64,000 bases of DNA from Bordetella sp. (GTDB lineage Bacteria > Pseudomonadota > Gammaproteobacteria > Burkholderiales > Burkholderiaceae_B). Numbering within the stretch: the first letter of the stretch is position 1; the number at the start of each line of letters is the position of its first letter. The DNA lies in assembly GCA_035493915.1 (NCBI GenBank), contig DATJHN010000201.1, positions 325-64,324 of the forward strand. The letters run 5' to 3'. The translations under genes and the position numbers were made by a program. Below the pieces are notes generated by a model. It had not been told where the DNA came from. It searched no databases and was given only the letters and a program-made list of their open reading frames with translations. Positions 9,260 to 19,423 of the stretch are shown here, one piece after another.

Positions 9260-10279
9260 GTGCAAAAAGAAAACGTGGATTCCCTGCAAGCCATGAGCGT
9301 GGCGATCCCCGGCCAGGCGGATAGACGGGACGTGGATACGCCCGCGCGCTCGGTCATGCGATTCGTCGTGATCGCGGCACTGGTCTGGATCGCATTGGAT
9401 TGGTGCTATACGAAGTTCCCGATGATCCGTCCGGGCGCGGATATCGTAATGGAAGCCAAGTTCCAGTCCCTGGTAAAAGCGCGCATGTTCTCGTCCGAGG
9501 ACCGCCATCGCATCCTGGTATTCGGCAACAGCAAGACGCTGGCGGGATTCCGGCCCGAGGAATTCGATGCGTCATTCAAGCCGGGCGTGCATTCATACAA
9601 CCTGGGGCTGCCCGGCGACGCGCGCATCCTGCCTATCCTGAAAGCCGCGCTGGCGGCGGGCAATATCCCCACGCATGTGTTCCTGACCGTGCCGTGGGAC
9701 AACAAGCCCAAGCCCACGTTACTGGACTACCTGCGCGACGACGAAACCATCCTGTACACGCTGATCCCATTCCGCGACCTGCCGCGCGACATCGTTTCCT
9801 TCGTCGCCACCAGCCACTTCCAGTTTCGCCAGCGCTACCAGGAAAGCCGGCACGAACGGGATCGGATGCTGGCGCAGCGCGGATGGTATTTCATCAAGGG
9901 GCAAAGCTTTTTCCCGAGTGGAGAGTTGCCCGACGACTACAGCATTCCCACCGACCATCCCGACGAATTCATTCCGCGCGCCATTCCGGCGGAGTCCTTT
10001 GTGCTGAGCGAACTGGACCGGATGTCGCGGCAGTACGGTTTCAAGGTGATCCTGGTTCCCGGCAACATGCGCCGCCATGCGGAAGCGCCGGCACCCGTCG
10101 CGGACGAGAAGCGCGGCATGGATATTCCCGGCCATGCGGGCATGCGCGTTATCGGCCCCGACTACTGGATCTATCCACCCAAGGACTATTCCGATGCGGT
10201 GCACCTGAATCCGATCGGAGCCACGGCATATACGCGCGACCTGGCGCGGCTGGTGGCCGATAGCGGAGTATTGAACTGA
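9260..10279 (+). CDS. Membrane-anchored SGNH-like protein (AlgJ/PatB/DltD-like acyltransferase partner)
   Basis: N-terminal TM, ILVFGNSK (block I), YNLGLPG, DAVHLN (DxxH); overlaps the MBOAT start by 1 nt. Confidence 0.7.
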   Translation: MQKENVDSLQAMSVAIPGQADRRDVDTPARSVMRFVVIAALVWIALDWCYTKFPMIRPGADIVMEAKFQSLVKARMFSSEDRHRILVFGNSKTLAGFRPEEFDASFKPGVHSYNLGLPGDARILPILKAALAAGNIPTHVFLTVPWDNKPKPTLLDYLRDDETILYTLIPFRDLPRDIVSFVATSHFQFRQRYQESRHERDRMLAQRGWYFIKGQSFFPSGELPDDYSIPTDHPDEFIPRAIPAESFVLSELDRMSRQYGFKVILVPGNMRRHAEAPAPVADEKRGMDIPGHAGMRVIGPDYWIYPPKDYSDAVHLNPIGATAYTRDLARLVADSGVLN

Positions 10280-11718
10280 TGCTATTCAACTCGTTCGAAT
10301 TCTTCGCATTCTTTATCGTTTTCCTGGTGGCGTTCTTTACGGTGCCGGCGAAGCGTCAGCCACTGGTACTGCTGCTGGCGAGCTATCTGTTCTACATGGG
10401 CTGGCGTCCGTCCTTTGCCATCCTGCTGGCGTTTACCACCATCGTGGACTTCACCACCGCGCTGGCGATGGACAAGGCCCGTACCCAGGCGGGGCGGCGG
10501 CTGGCGATGATCGCCGCGCTGACGATCAATCTGGGCATCCTGGGCACGGTCAAATACCTGGATTTCCTGATTTCGAACATCGTGGGCATTACGGGATTCT
10601 TCGGCATCGAAATCCCGGCCTATGCGTTGGGGCTGATCCTGCCCGTGGGCATTTCCTTCTACACATTCCAATCGGTCGGCTACACCCTGGACGTGTACAA
10701 CCGCCGCATTCCGGTGGAGAAGGATTTCATCACCTACGCCCAGTACGTCTCGTTCTTTCCTCAATTGGTGGCCGGCCCGATCGAGCGTGGAGGGCACATG
10801 CTGCCGCAGTTCCGCCGCACGCACGTATTCCGCTACGACAATCTGGTCAGCGGCGGGTGGCTGATCGGCTATGGGCTGTTCAAGAAGATGTGCATCGCCG
10901 ATGCCATTTCTCCTTTCGTCGCGGGTATCTACGCCAATCCGGACGCCTACTCGGGTGGCTACCACGCGCTGGCTGCCGTGCTGTTCGCCGTGCAGATCTA
11001 TTGCGATTTCTCCGGCTATTCGGATATCGCGCGCGGCGCCGCGCGCATCATGGACTGCGAGTTGATGATCAACTTCAAGCAGCCGTACTTTTCGGCCAGC
11101 CTGACCGAATTCTGGCGGCGCTGGCATATCTCGCTGTCGTCGTGGTTTCGCGATTACCTGTATATGCCGCTGGGGGGCAGCCGCCAGAACGGCCTGACCG
11201 CGGCGCGCAACGTGGTGATCGTGTTCGTGGTCAGCGGGTTCTGGCACGGCGCGGCCTGGACCTTCATCATCTGGGGGGCGTTGCACGGGCTGGGACTGGT
11301 GGTGGAACGCTGGTTTCGCGATACGCCGGTAAAACAGCGCCTGACCGATGCGCTGCCGCGGCTGACACCCATGCTGGCGCGCACCTGGACGCTGCTGCTG
11401 GTGCTGGCCGGCTGGATATTCTTCCGCGCCGACACCTTGCCCGATGCGCTTAATGTCTTCCGCCACCTGGGCACCGGCGGGGCGTTTTCCTATGGGACAT
11501 TCAATACCCTGGGTCTGGCGGCGTTTCAAAGCGCGACCCTGGTGTTGTCGCTCGCCTTGTTGTTCGCCATCGATTTCCAGCTGGTCTACCACCCCGAACG
11601 CCTGAGCCGGCTGGCGCGCATGCGGTCGGTAAATACCTTGGCCGGCGTCGCACTGGCTTACTACGTCTTCCTGTTCGGCGTGTTCGGCAGAACCGAGTTC
11701 ATTTATTTCCAGTTCTGA
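10279..11718 (+). CDS. MBOAT O-acyltransferase (AlgI/PatA/DltB family)
   Basis: MLFNS, LPVGISFYTFQ, FPQLVAGPIER, DFSGYSD, FWRRWHISLSSW, SGFWHGA, C-terminal FIYFQF. Confidence 0.95.
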   Translation: MLFNSFEFFAFFIVFLVAFFTVPAKRQPLVLLLASYLFYMGWRPSFAILLAFTTIVDFTTALAMDKARTQAGRRLAMIAALTINLGILGTVKYLDFLISNIVGITGFFGIEIPAYALGLILPVGISFYTFQSVGYTLDVYNRRIPVEKDFITYAQYVSFFPQLVAGPIERGGHMLPQFRRTHVFRYDNLVSGGWLIGYGLFKKMCIADAISPFVAGIYANPDAYSGGYHALAAVLFAVQIYCDFSGYSDIARGAARIMDCELMINFKQPYFSASLTEFWRRWHISLSSWFRDYLYMPLGGSRQNGLTAARNVVIVFVVSGFWHGAAWTFIIWGALHGLGLVVERWFRDTPVKQRLTDALPRLTPMLARTWTLLLVLAGWIFFRADTLPDALNVFRHLGTGGAFSYGTFNTLGLAAFQSATLVLSLALLFAIDFQLVYHPERLSRLARMRSVNTLAGVALAYYVFLFGVFGRTEFIYFQF

Positions 11719-11766
11719 ATCCGCGGCGCAATTGCTATCATCGCGGCACCGTTACCGGAGCCCGCC

Positions 11767-12657
11767 ATGGACCGCCGCCGTCTCGAATGTTTTCTGGCCC
11801 TGGCCGAGGAACTGCATTTCCACCGCGCCGCGGTGCGCTGCCACATGACCCAGCCCGCGCTCAGCCAGCAACTGCGGGCCTTGGAAGATCAACTGCAGGT
11901 GCAACTGGTGTACCGCAGTAAACGGCATGTATCCCTGACACGCGCCGGCGAAGTATTCCTGGACGAAGTGCGCAAGATCCTGCGCACGATGGACCGCGCC
12001 GTCGATGCGGCGCGCCGTACCGAAAAAGGCGAGATCGGCCAGCTGACCATAGGCGTGACGGCGCCGGCGCTGTACATCGTATTCCCGGAGATCGTGCGCG
12101 AATTCAACCTGCGCCTTCCGGAGGTCGGCATCGTCGTACATGACATGACGACCGCGGAACAGGAGCAGGCGCTGCGCAACCGCACAATCCAGCTGGGTGT
12201 CGTGCATCCACCGCTGGAAGATGCGTCGCTGTCATGCCAGACGATCGCCACCACGGCATTCAATATCGTGCTGTCCGATCTTAATCCGCTGGCCAAGCGC
12301 AGGCGGCTGACGTTGCGGGATCTGGCCAATGAGCAGTTCATCATTTTTCCCCGTACCATCGGCCCGCAGCTGTACGACCACATCATCAGTTTGTGCCAGG
12401 CGGAAGGCTTCAGCCCCAAGGTCATCCTGGAAACCACGCCGGCGCAATCCATCATCGCCATGGCGGCCGCGGACTTCGGCATCGGCTTCATCGCTTCCGA
12501 ACACCAGATGCTGGCGCGCCCGGGCGTGGTGTTCCGCAAGTTGTCCGGCGTGATGCCGCATCTATCGCTGGGCGTAGCCTACGATGCCACGGACGTGTCG
12601 CCCGCCATGAAGGTCTTCCTGGAGATCGCGCAGCGGGTCGGCGGCCAGGTGCGCTAG
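11767..12657 (+). CDS. LysR-family regulator
   Basis: LAEELHFHRAAVRCHMTQPALSQQLRALE HTH. Confidence 0.95.
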   Translation: MDRRRLECFLALAEELHFHRAAVRCHMTQPALSQQLRALEDQLQVQLVYRSKRHVSLTRAGEVFLDEVRKILRTMDRAVDAARRTEKGEIGQLTIGVTAPALYIVFPEIVREFNLRLPEVGIVVHDMTTAEQEQALRNRTIQLGVVHPPLEDASLSCQTIATTAFNIVLSDLNPLAKRRRLTLRDLANEQFIIFPRTIGPQLYDHIISLCQAEGFSPKVILETTPAQSIIAMAAADFGIGFIASEHQMLARPGVVFRKLSGVMPHLSLGVAYDATDVSPAMKVFLEIAQRVGGQVR

Positions 12658-12794
12658 GACTCCCGCATTTGCCCACGGGCGGTGCCGGCTGTGATAAGTA
12701 AAACTACTCAATAGAGTCAAAAAAAGAATTGGAGCTTTTCTAGCGCTGCTCCTATTGTCTGCTGCATCAGATAAATAAAGCAGGAGACAAAGCG

Positions 12795-14009
12795 ATGACG
12801 CCCTTGCAGGCCGCCGCGCCAGATTCCGGGCCGCCCATTAAAATCGTCAGCGTTCGCACGATCGTCGTGAATGCCCAGATGCGCAACTGGATTTTCGTCA
12901 AGGTGCAAACCGACCAGGACGGACTGTACGGCTGGGGTGAAGCCAGCCTGAACTGGAAAACGCGCGCCGTCACGGGAACGGTCGAAGACCTGGAACCGCT
13001 GCTGATCGGCCGCGATCCCCGCGATATCGAACAATGCGTGCGGGCCATGCACAAGCACAGCTACTACAAGCTGGGCATCATCGGCGTCACCGCCATCAGC
13101 GGCATCGAGCACGCGCTGTGGGATATCTTCGCCAAGAGCCTTGGTGTTCCCGTCTGGCGCCTGCTGGGCGGCAAGGTGCGGGACAAGGTGCGGCTGTACA
13201 CCCATCTGGGCCTGGGCGACATGAAGTCCGTGTACGAGACCTTCGACCACGGAAAATTGCGCGACAGCGCGTTGCAAGTGGTGGAGAAGGGCTACGACGC
13301 CCTGAAGGTGGTGTTCATCCCCTATGGCAACCATGTATCGTCGATCGCCGCGCAGAAGCACGTCGGCAAGCTGATGGAAACCGTGCGCAATGCGGTGGGT
13401 GAGTCGGTCGATATCATGGTCGACTTCCATGGCCGACCCGGCTCCATCGCGGCGGCCCTGGGCTTTATCCAGGAACTGGCGCCGTATCGTCCCATGTTCT
13501 GCGAGGAGCCCGTGCAACCCGGCGATACAGCTGCCTTGCGAGAGATCGCCTTGCGCGCGCCGTGCCCTATCGCCTCCGGCGAAAGGCTGGTGGGCCTGAA
13601 CGAATTCATGCCGGTGCTGACCGGCAAGGCGGTGCATGTCGCGCAGCCCGACCTGAACCATACCGGCGGCCTGCTGGAAGGCAAGCGCATCGCCGCCGTC
13701 GCCGAAGCCGAACTCATCGGTATCGCACCGCATAATCCGAATGGTCCCATCGCCGGCGTCGCGGCATTGCACTATGACGTGTCCACGCCCAATTTCCTGA
13801 TCCAGGAAGAAATGAGCGGCGCCGTTCCCTGGTACGACGACGTGGTGCAGACGCCGCTGCGGCGGGTCGGCACGCACTGGGAGATACCGCACGCACCCGG
13901 CCTGGGTGTGGAGATCAATGAAGCGGAAGCCGCCAAGCATCCCTTCCAGCAGGAAGTCATGCACGCTACTGGCGCGGTGCTGGACGACGGCACCATCGTG
14001 GAATGGTAA
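12795..14009 (+). CDS. Enolase-superfamily acid-sugar dehydratase (galactonate dehydratase-like)
   Basis: ALWDI..K, DFHGR, EEP, GER, QPD, HNPNGP motifs. Confidence 0.85.
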   Translation: MTPLQAAAPDSGPPIKIVSVRTIVVNAQMRNWIFVKVQTDQDGLYGWGEASLNWKTRAVTGTVEDLEPLLIGRDPRDIEQCVRAMHKHSYYKLGIIGVTAISGIEHALWDIFAKSLGVPVWRLLGGKVRDKVRLYTHLGLGDMKSVYETFDHGKLRDSALQVVEKGYDALKVVFIPYGNHVSSIAAQKHVGKLMETVRNAVGESVDIMVDFHGRPGSIAAALGFIQELAPYRPMFCEEPVQPGDTAALREIALRAPCPIASGERLVGLNEFMPVLTGKAVHVAQPDLNHTGGLLEGKRIAAVAEAELIGIAPHNPNGPIAGVAALHYDVSTPNFLIQEEMSGAVPWYDDVVQTPLRRVGTHWEIPHAPGLGVEINEAEAAKHPFQQEVMHATGAVLDDGTIVEW

Positions 14010-14046
14010 GCCCGCCGAATCGAATAAAGACCAAATGGATCAGAGC

Positions 14047-15117
14047 ATGAAATTCGCAACTCCCGGCGGCGTTTACAACGCCACGCCATCGCGTATCGTC
14101 TTCGCCGAAGGCGCCATCAACGGCATCGCCGATGAGGTCGTCCGCCTGGGCGCGCGGCGCGCGCTGGTGGTAACCACTCCTGGCCGCAGCGGACTTGGCG
14201 ACCGCGTGGCGTCGCTGCTCGGCGACCGCTGCGCGGGCCTGTGGCCCGAGGCTGTGTCGCAGGTGCCGATCGAACTGGCACGCCGCGGGCGCCAGGCGGC
14301 CCGCGATGTGGGCGCCGACTGCATCGTCAGCGTCGGCGGAGGTGCCGCCGTCGGCCTGGGCAAGGGCATTTCCCTGGAATTGGGCCTTCCCATCATTGCG
14401 ATTCCGACCACGTATTCGGGATCGGAGGTCACGGGCTTTTGCGGCATCACCATCGACGGCGTGAAGCGCATGCATACCAGCCTGAACATGCTGGCATCCA
14501 CGGTCATCTACGATCCGGAGCTGACCCTGGGCCTGCCGGCCGATATCAGCGCGGCCAGCGCCATGAACGCACTGGCGCATTGCGTGGACGCCATCTACGT
14601 GCCTACCGTCGATCCGGTTACCGTGCTGGCCGCCATCGAGGGTGCGCGAGTGATCGCCCACGCCGCGCCGCGCGTGATTGCCCGGCCCGACGATATCCAC
14701 GCCCGCTCCGAGCTGCTGTATGGCGCTTACCTGGGCGGCGTCGCCCTGACCGGCGGTTTCGCGCTGCAGCATGGGCTGGCCCATGTCCTGGGCGGCAGTT
14801 TCAATATCGCCCACGGCCTGTCTCACACATTGGTTCTGCCATACGTGGCGCATTACAACAGCGCCTTTGCGCCCGTGCCGCTGCGGCAACTGGCTGATGC
14901 CATCGGCGCGCCCAGCCTGGGCGCCGGCATCCACGATCTGGCGCGATCGCTGAATATCCGGATGGGGCTGACGGATACCGGGCTGGACCCGTCCGCGCTG
15001 GACACCGCCGCGCGCATCACGGTGGAAACGGATGACGGCTACAACCCCGGTCCTGTCACCGTCGAGGTGGTGCGCGGCATTCTGGATGCCGCCTGGAACG
15101 GCGAGCGCCCCGCTTGA
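14047..15117 (+). CDS. Maleylacetate reductase-like Fe-ADH-family oxidoreductase
   Basis: GGGAAVG, PTTYSGSE, VIYDPELT, NALAH, HGLAHVLGG. Confidence 0.82.
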   Translation: MKFATPGGVYNATPSRIVFAEGAINGIADEVVRLGARRALVVTTPGRSGLGDRVASLLGDRCAGLWPEAVSQVPIELARRGRQAARDVGADCIVSVGGGAAVGLGKGISLELGLPIIAIPTTYSGSEVTGFCGITIDGVKRMHTSLNMLASTVIYDPELTLGLPADISAASAMNALAHCVDAIYVPTVDPVTVLAAIEGARVIAHAAPRVIARPDDIHARSELLYGAYLGGVALTGGFALQHGLAHVLGGSFNIAHGLSHTLVLPYVAHYNSAFAPVPLRQLADAIGAPSLGAGIHDLARSLNIRMGLTDTGLDPSALDTAARITVETDDGYNPGPVTVEVVRGILDAAWNGERPA

Positions 15118-15195
15118 CGGCGCACCTGCGAGCCTGATGCCTCGCGCCGCGGGCGCAGACTATAAAACAGATATGGCCGCTGTATTGGAGACAAG

Positions 15196-16206
15196 ATGAA
15201 GATATCCCGCAGACAGTTGATCAAGGCCGCCGGCGCGGTTGTGCTGGGCGCCGCCATGCCGGGCGCGCGCGCCACCACCGCCGCGTATTCCTGGAAGTTC
15301 GGCCACGGCTTCCCGCCCAGCCATCCCATCCACAAGCGCGCGGTGGAGGCCGCGGCCTGGATCAAGCAGCAGAGCAAGGGGCAGGTGGACATCGGAGTGT
15401 TTCCGAACAGCCAACTGGGGGGCGACAACGATCTGTTGTCGCAGGTCTATTCGGGCGGCATCGAAATGTTCACAACCGGGGGCATCATCATGTCGACCCT
15501 GGTGCCGCATGCCGCCATCAGCGGCCTGGGTTTTATCTTCAAGGACTACCCGTCGGTGTGGAGCGCCATGGACGGCAAGTTGGGCGACTTTGTGCGCGCT
15601 GCCTTCGCCAAGAAGGGACTGCACGCCGTCGACCGTATATGGGACAACGGTTTCCGCGAAATCACCACCAGCAACCGGCCCATCGCCGAACCCAAGGACC
15701 TGGCCAATCTGAAGATCCGCGTCCCGGTCAGCCCGCTGTATATCTCGTTGTTCAAGGCCTTGGGCGCCTCGCCTACCAGCATCAACCTGGCCGAGGTCTA
15801 CACCGCCTTGCAGACCGGCGTGGTGGAGGGCCAGGAAAACCCGCTGGTGGTTACCGACACGGCCAAGTTCTACGAAGTGCAAAAGTTTTGCTCGTTGACC
15901 AACCATATCTGGGATGGCTCGTGGATCGTCATCAACGGCGATGCCTGGGATGGGATGCCGGCGGACCTCCAAGCCATTGTCAGCCACGGCTTCAACGACC
16001 TGGCGCCGCGGCAGCGGGCCGATATCGCGCAGTTGAACGACTCGCTCGGCGCCAGCCTGGCGCAGCGTGGCCTGAAAGTAAACCACGCAGACCCCGCGCC
16101 GTTCCGCGACGCGCTGCTTAAGGCTGGTTTCTACACCGATTGGCAGGCCAAGTTCGGCGCGCAGGCCTGGACCGTCCTGGAATCCGCGGTCGGGAAGCTG
16201 TCATGA
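15196..16206 (+). CDS. dctP: TRAP transporter substrate-binding protein DctP (Tat-like signal)
   Basis: SRRQLIK leader, FPNSQLG, DNGFR, LKIRVP, EVYTALQTGVVEGQENP. Confidence 0.92.
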   Translation: MKISRRQLIKAAGAVVLGAAMPGARATTAAYSWKFGHGFPPSHPIHKRAVEAAAWIKQQSKGQVDIGVFPNSQLGGDNDLLSQVYSGGIEMFTTGGIIMSTLVPHAAISGLGFIFKDYPSVWSAMDGKLGDFVRAAFAKKGLHAVDRIWDNGFREITTSNRPIAEPKDLANLKIRVPVSPLYISLFKALGASPTSINLAEVYTALQTGVVEGQENPLVVTDTAKFYEVQKFCSLTNHIWDGSWIVINGDAWDGMPADLQAIVSHGFNDLAPRQRADIAQLNDSLGASLAQRGLKVNHADPAPFRDALLKAGFYTDWQAKFGAQAWTVLESAVGKLS

Positions 16207-18119
16207 GCACCGCGCCCTGGTATTCGGACAGCAAGACGGGCCGGGGCGCTCATCCGGGTAACGGCGCGGACGCCCATGCCGGCGCGCGGCCCGGTGCGGC
16301 GCGGGCGCTGGCCGATAGCGCGTGGCGCTGGCTGGTCGAGTATCCCGCGGCCTGCCTCGTCGTCGCCGAGGTCGTCATTCTGTTCACCGGCATCGTGGCG
16401 CGCTATGCCTTGCACATGCCCATTACCTGGACAGACGAGGCCTCGTCCATCCTGTTCCTATGGTTGTCGGCGCTGGGCTCGGCGGTGGCGATCCAGCGCG
16501 GCGAACATATGCGCATGACGGCGCTGGTGTCCAAATGCAGTCCCCCAACCCGCGCCTACCTGGACTCGGTGGCCGTGAGCGCGGCGCTGTTGTTCCTTGC
16601 GCTGGTCCTGATGCCCGCCATCCAGTTTGCCGCCAAGCAAGACGCCTTTACCACGCCGGCGCTGGAGATCTCCGGCACCTGGCGCGCCGCCGCGTTGCCG
16701 GCCGGTGTGGCGCTGATGTTCATTGCCAATACCTTGCGGCTGGCACAGTCCGCCAATCGCCGCGTTGCCCTGGCGGCGTTGGCCACGGTAGCCGCCATCG
16801 CCCTGGCGCTCTGGGCGGGGCAACCGCTGTTCGCGGGATTGGGCAAGCTGAACCTGTTGATCTTTTTCCTGGGCGTGGTGGTGCTGACGGTGTTCGCCGG
16901 CGTGCCCATCGCGTTCGGTTTCGGCCTGGCCACGTTCGGCTATCTGGCGCTGACGACGCGTATTCCGCTGGCTACCATGGTAGGGCGCATGGACGAAGGC
17001 ATGTCGCACCTGGTACTGCTGGCCGTGCCCTTGTTCATTTTCCTTGGCCTGCTTATCGAAATGACGGGTATGGCGCGGCGCATGGTGGCCTTCCTGGCCA
17101 ACTTGATCGGACACAGACGGGGCGGTCTGGCCTACGTGTTGATCGGCGCGATGTACCTGGTTTCCGGCATATCCGGCGCCAAGGCCGCGGATATGGCCGC
17201 CGTCGCTCCCGCGCTGTTTCCGGAAATGAAAAAGCGCGGCGCCAAGGAAGGCGACCTGGTGGCGCTGCTGGCCGCCACCGCCGCGCAGACCGAAACCATT
17301 CCGCCCAGCATAGTCCTGATCACCATCGGTTCCGTCACCGGCGTGTCCATCGCCGCGCTGTTCACAGGCGGCTTGCTGCCCGGCGCCTTGCTGGCCGTCG
17401 TTCTATGTGCCGTTGTATGGCGGCGCTACCGCAAGGAAGACCTGGCCGGAGCCGCCTGGCCGGGTGGCCAGGCCGTGTGGCGGTCGTTGCAGGCGGCATT
17501 GCCGGCCCTGGTGTTGCCGTTCCTGATCCGCTTCGCGGTGGTCGACGGCGTCGCCACCGCGACGGAGGTCTCCACCATCGGCATCGTATACGCTCTGCTC
17601 GTCGCGCTACTGCTGCAGCGCGGCTGCGACTGGTCGCGCCTGGTGCCCATCCTGGTCGAGACGGCGGCGCTGTCCGGCGCCATCCTGCTGATCATAGGTA
17701 CCGCCACCGCGATGGCCTGGTGCTTGACGCGTTCCGGATTTTCCACGGACCTGGCGGCGCTGATGTCGGGTCTGCCTGGCGGCAAGCTGGGATTCCTGGC
17801 GGTGTCCATCGTCCTGTTCATCGTCCTGGGCAGCGTGCTGGAAGGCGTACCCGCGATTGTGCTGTTCGGTCCTTTGCTGTTTCCCATCGCGCAGCAGGTG
17901 GGCGTCAACGAAGTGCATTACGCCATGGTAGTCATCCTGGCCATGGGCATCGGGCTGTTCGCGCCGCCGTTCGGCGTCGGCTACTACGTCGCATCGGCCA
18001 TCGGCCGCGCTTCGCCGGACGCAGGGATGCGGCCCATCGCCGGCTACATGCTGGCGCTGTTGGTCGGCGTGCTGATCGTCGCCGCCGTGCCGTGGATCTC
18101 CACGGGGTTCCTGCAGTAG
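16203..18119 (+). CDS. TRAP transporter fused small/large permease (DctQM)
   Basis: DctQ-like N-terminal region (WTDE, HMRM) fused to DctM (LLAVPLF, IPPS, PPFG). Confidence 0.9.
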   Translation: MSTAPWYSDSKTGRGAHPGNGADAHAGARPGAARALADSAWRWLVEYPAACLVVAEVVILFTGIVARYALHMPITWTDEASSILFLWLSALGSAVAIQRGEHMRMTALVSKCSPPTRAYLDSVAVSAALLFLALVLMPAIQFAAKQDAFTTPALEISGTWRAAALPAGVALMFIANTLRLAQSANRRVALAALATVAAIALALWAGQPLFAGLGKLNLLIFFLGVVVLTVFAGVPIAFGFGLATFGYLALTTRIPLATMVGRMDEGMSHLVLLAVPLFIFLGLLIEMTGMARRMVAFLANLIGHRRGGLAYVLIGAMYLVSGISGAKAADMAAVAPALFPEMKKRGAKEGDLVALLAATAAQTETIPPSIVLITIGSVTGVSIAALFTGGLLPGALLAVVLCAVVWRRYRKEDLAGAAWPGGQAVWRSLQAALPALVLPFLIRFAVVDGVATATEVSTIGIVYALLVALLLQRGCDWSRLVPILVETAALSGAILLIIGTATAMAWCLTRSGFSTDLAALMSGLPGGKLGFLAVSIVLFIVLGSVLEGVPAIVLFGPLLFPIAQQVGVNEVHYAMVVILAMGIGLFAPPFGVGYYVASAIGRASPDAGMRPIAGYMLALLVGVLIVAAVPWISTGFLQ

Positions 18120-18222
18120 GACCAGTGCGCCGGCCGGCGCTGTCCAGCGATGTTTTCAGGCGATGGCCCGGGCAGGGCGGGGCGGCCCGCGATACCCGCC
18201 GCGCCTTATCGGGAGAAATCTG

Positions 18223-19203
18223 GTGAATATATTCCTGGTCGGCGAAGCCGCCACGCATGCCGAAAAGCTCGCGGCCCACCTGACTTGTGGGGCAGCCATC
18301 GTGCCGCTGCCGCGCGAGGCCGCTCACGCGCCGGACCATGACGGGCGCATCGCGCCTGAGGATGTCGTGGTCTCGCTACGCTTCAACCGGCCGGGCGACA
18401 CGCCGCCGTTCCGCCTGCTGCACGTGCCCGGAGCCGGCCTGGACGGTATCGACATGGCCAGCGTGCCGCCCAGCGCGACGGTATGCAATGTGTTCGAGCA
18501 CGAGATTCCGATCGCGGAATACGTGGCGCTGGCCATGCTGGAATGGCAGATCCGTCTGCGCGACCTGACAGCGCGCTTCACGGCCGGCGGCTGGTCCGAT
18601 CTGTACCGCAACCGGCCGCCGCACGCGGAGCTGTACGGCAAAACGCTGCTGCTGATTGGCTTGGGACGTATCGGCCGCGCCATCGCGACCCGCGCGCGCG
18701 CGTTCGGCATGCGCGTGCTGGCCGTCGATGGCTACGCTCAGCCTCTGACGGGACTGGTGGATCGGCTGTATGCCCCAAAGGAATTGGAGGAAGCGCTGCC
18801 ATCCGCGGAATTCGTCGTCATTGCCTGCCCGCTTACCGAAGACACTCGCGGTGTGTTCAATTCGCGGACGCTGGCGCGCATGCGCCGCGAAGCGGTGCTG
18901 ATCAACATCTCGCGCGCTGAAATCGCGCGCGAGGAAGACCTGTACATCGCGCTGCGCGACAAAGTCATTGCCGGGGCAGTGCTGGACGTCTGGTATCGCT
19001 ATCCCAAGGGCGCCGAGGACCAGGTCGAACCGGCGTCGCAGCCGTTCCTGGATCTTCCGAATGTCGTAGCCACGCCGCATACGTCGGCCTGGACCACGGA
19101 TCTGCCGTGGCGCAGATATGCCTTTATCGCGGCGAATATCGATCGCCTGGCGCGTGGCGAAACTCTGCTTAATGTCGTGCGGCAGCCCCAACAACACGAA
19201 TAA
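18223..19203 (+). CDS. D-isomer-specific 2-hydroxyacid dehydrogenase
   Basis: GAGLD, GLGRIG, LINISR, LDVW, TPHTS. Confidence 0.9.
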   Translation: MNIFLVGEAATHAEKLAAHLTCGAAIVPLPREAAHAPDHDGRIAPEDVVVSLRFNRPGDTPPFRLLHVPGAGLDGIDMASVPPSATVCNVFEHEIPIAEYVALAMLEWQIRLRDLTARFTAGGWSDLYRNRPPHAELYGKTLLLIGLGRIGRAIATRARAFGMRVLAVDGYAQPLTGLVDRLYAPKELEEALPSAEFVVIACPLTEDTRGVFNSRTLARMRREAVLINISRAEIAREEDLYIALRDKVIAGAVLDVWYRYPKGAEDQVEPASQPFLDLPNVVATPHTSAWTTDLPWRRYAFIAANIDRLARGETLLNVVRQPQQHE

Positions 19204-19270
19204 GACGCACGGGCGCGAAGAGCGACGCAGGCAGCACGGGGCACGCGCGGGCGGCGCGATTGCCCAGGCG

Positions 19271-19315
19271 ATATATCGGCTGTCGTGATTAATGGACAAA
19301 AACTAGTTGTTTGTC
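19271..19315 (+). promoter_or_regulatory. Operator-like motif upstream of hydantoinase A (copy 1)
   Basis: 32/45 nt identical to the reverse complement of 25777-25821; contains the dyad GACAAA...TTTGTC. Confidence 0.65.
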
Positions 19316-19423
19316 CTGCGTCCGGGGGGCATCTACCATTTTTCGGACCGCGGCGGCATGCGCGCAAAACAGCAAACAGCGCGTGCGGACCGTACTCCAT
19401 CTGCTCCTCCTCTGGACCAACCA

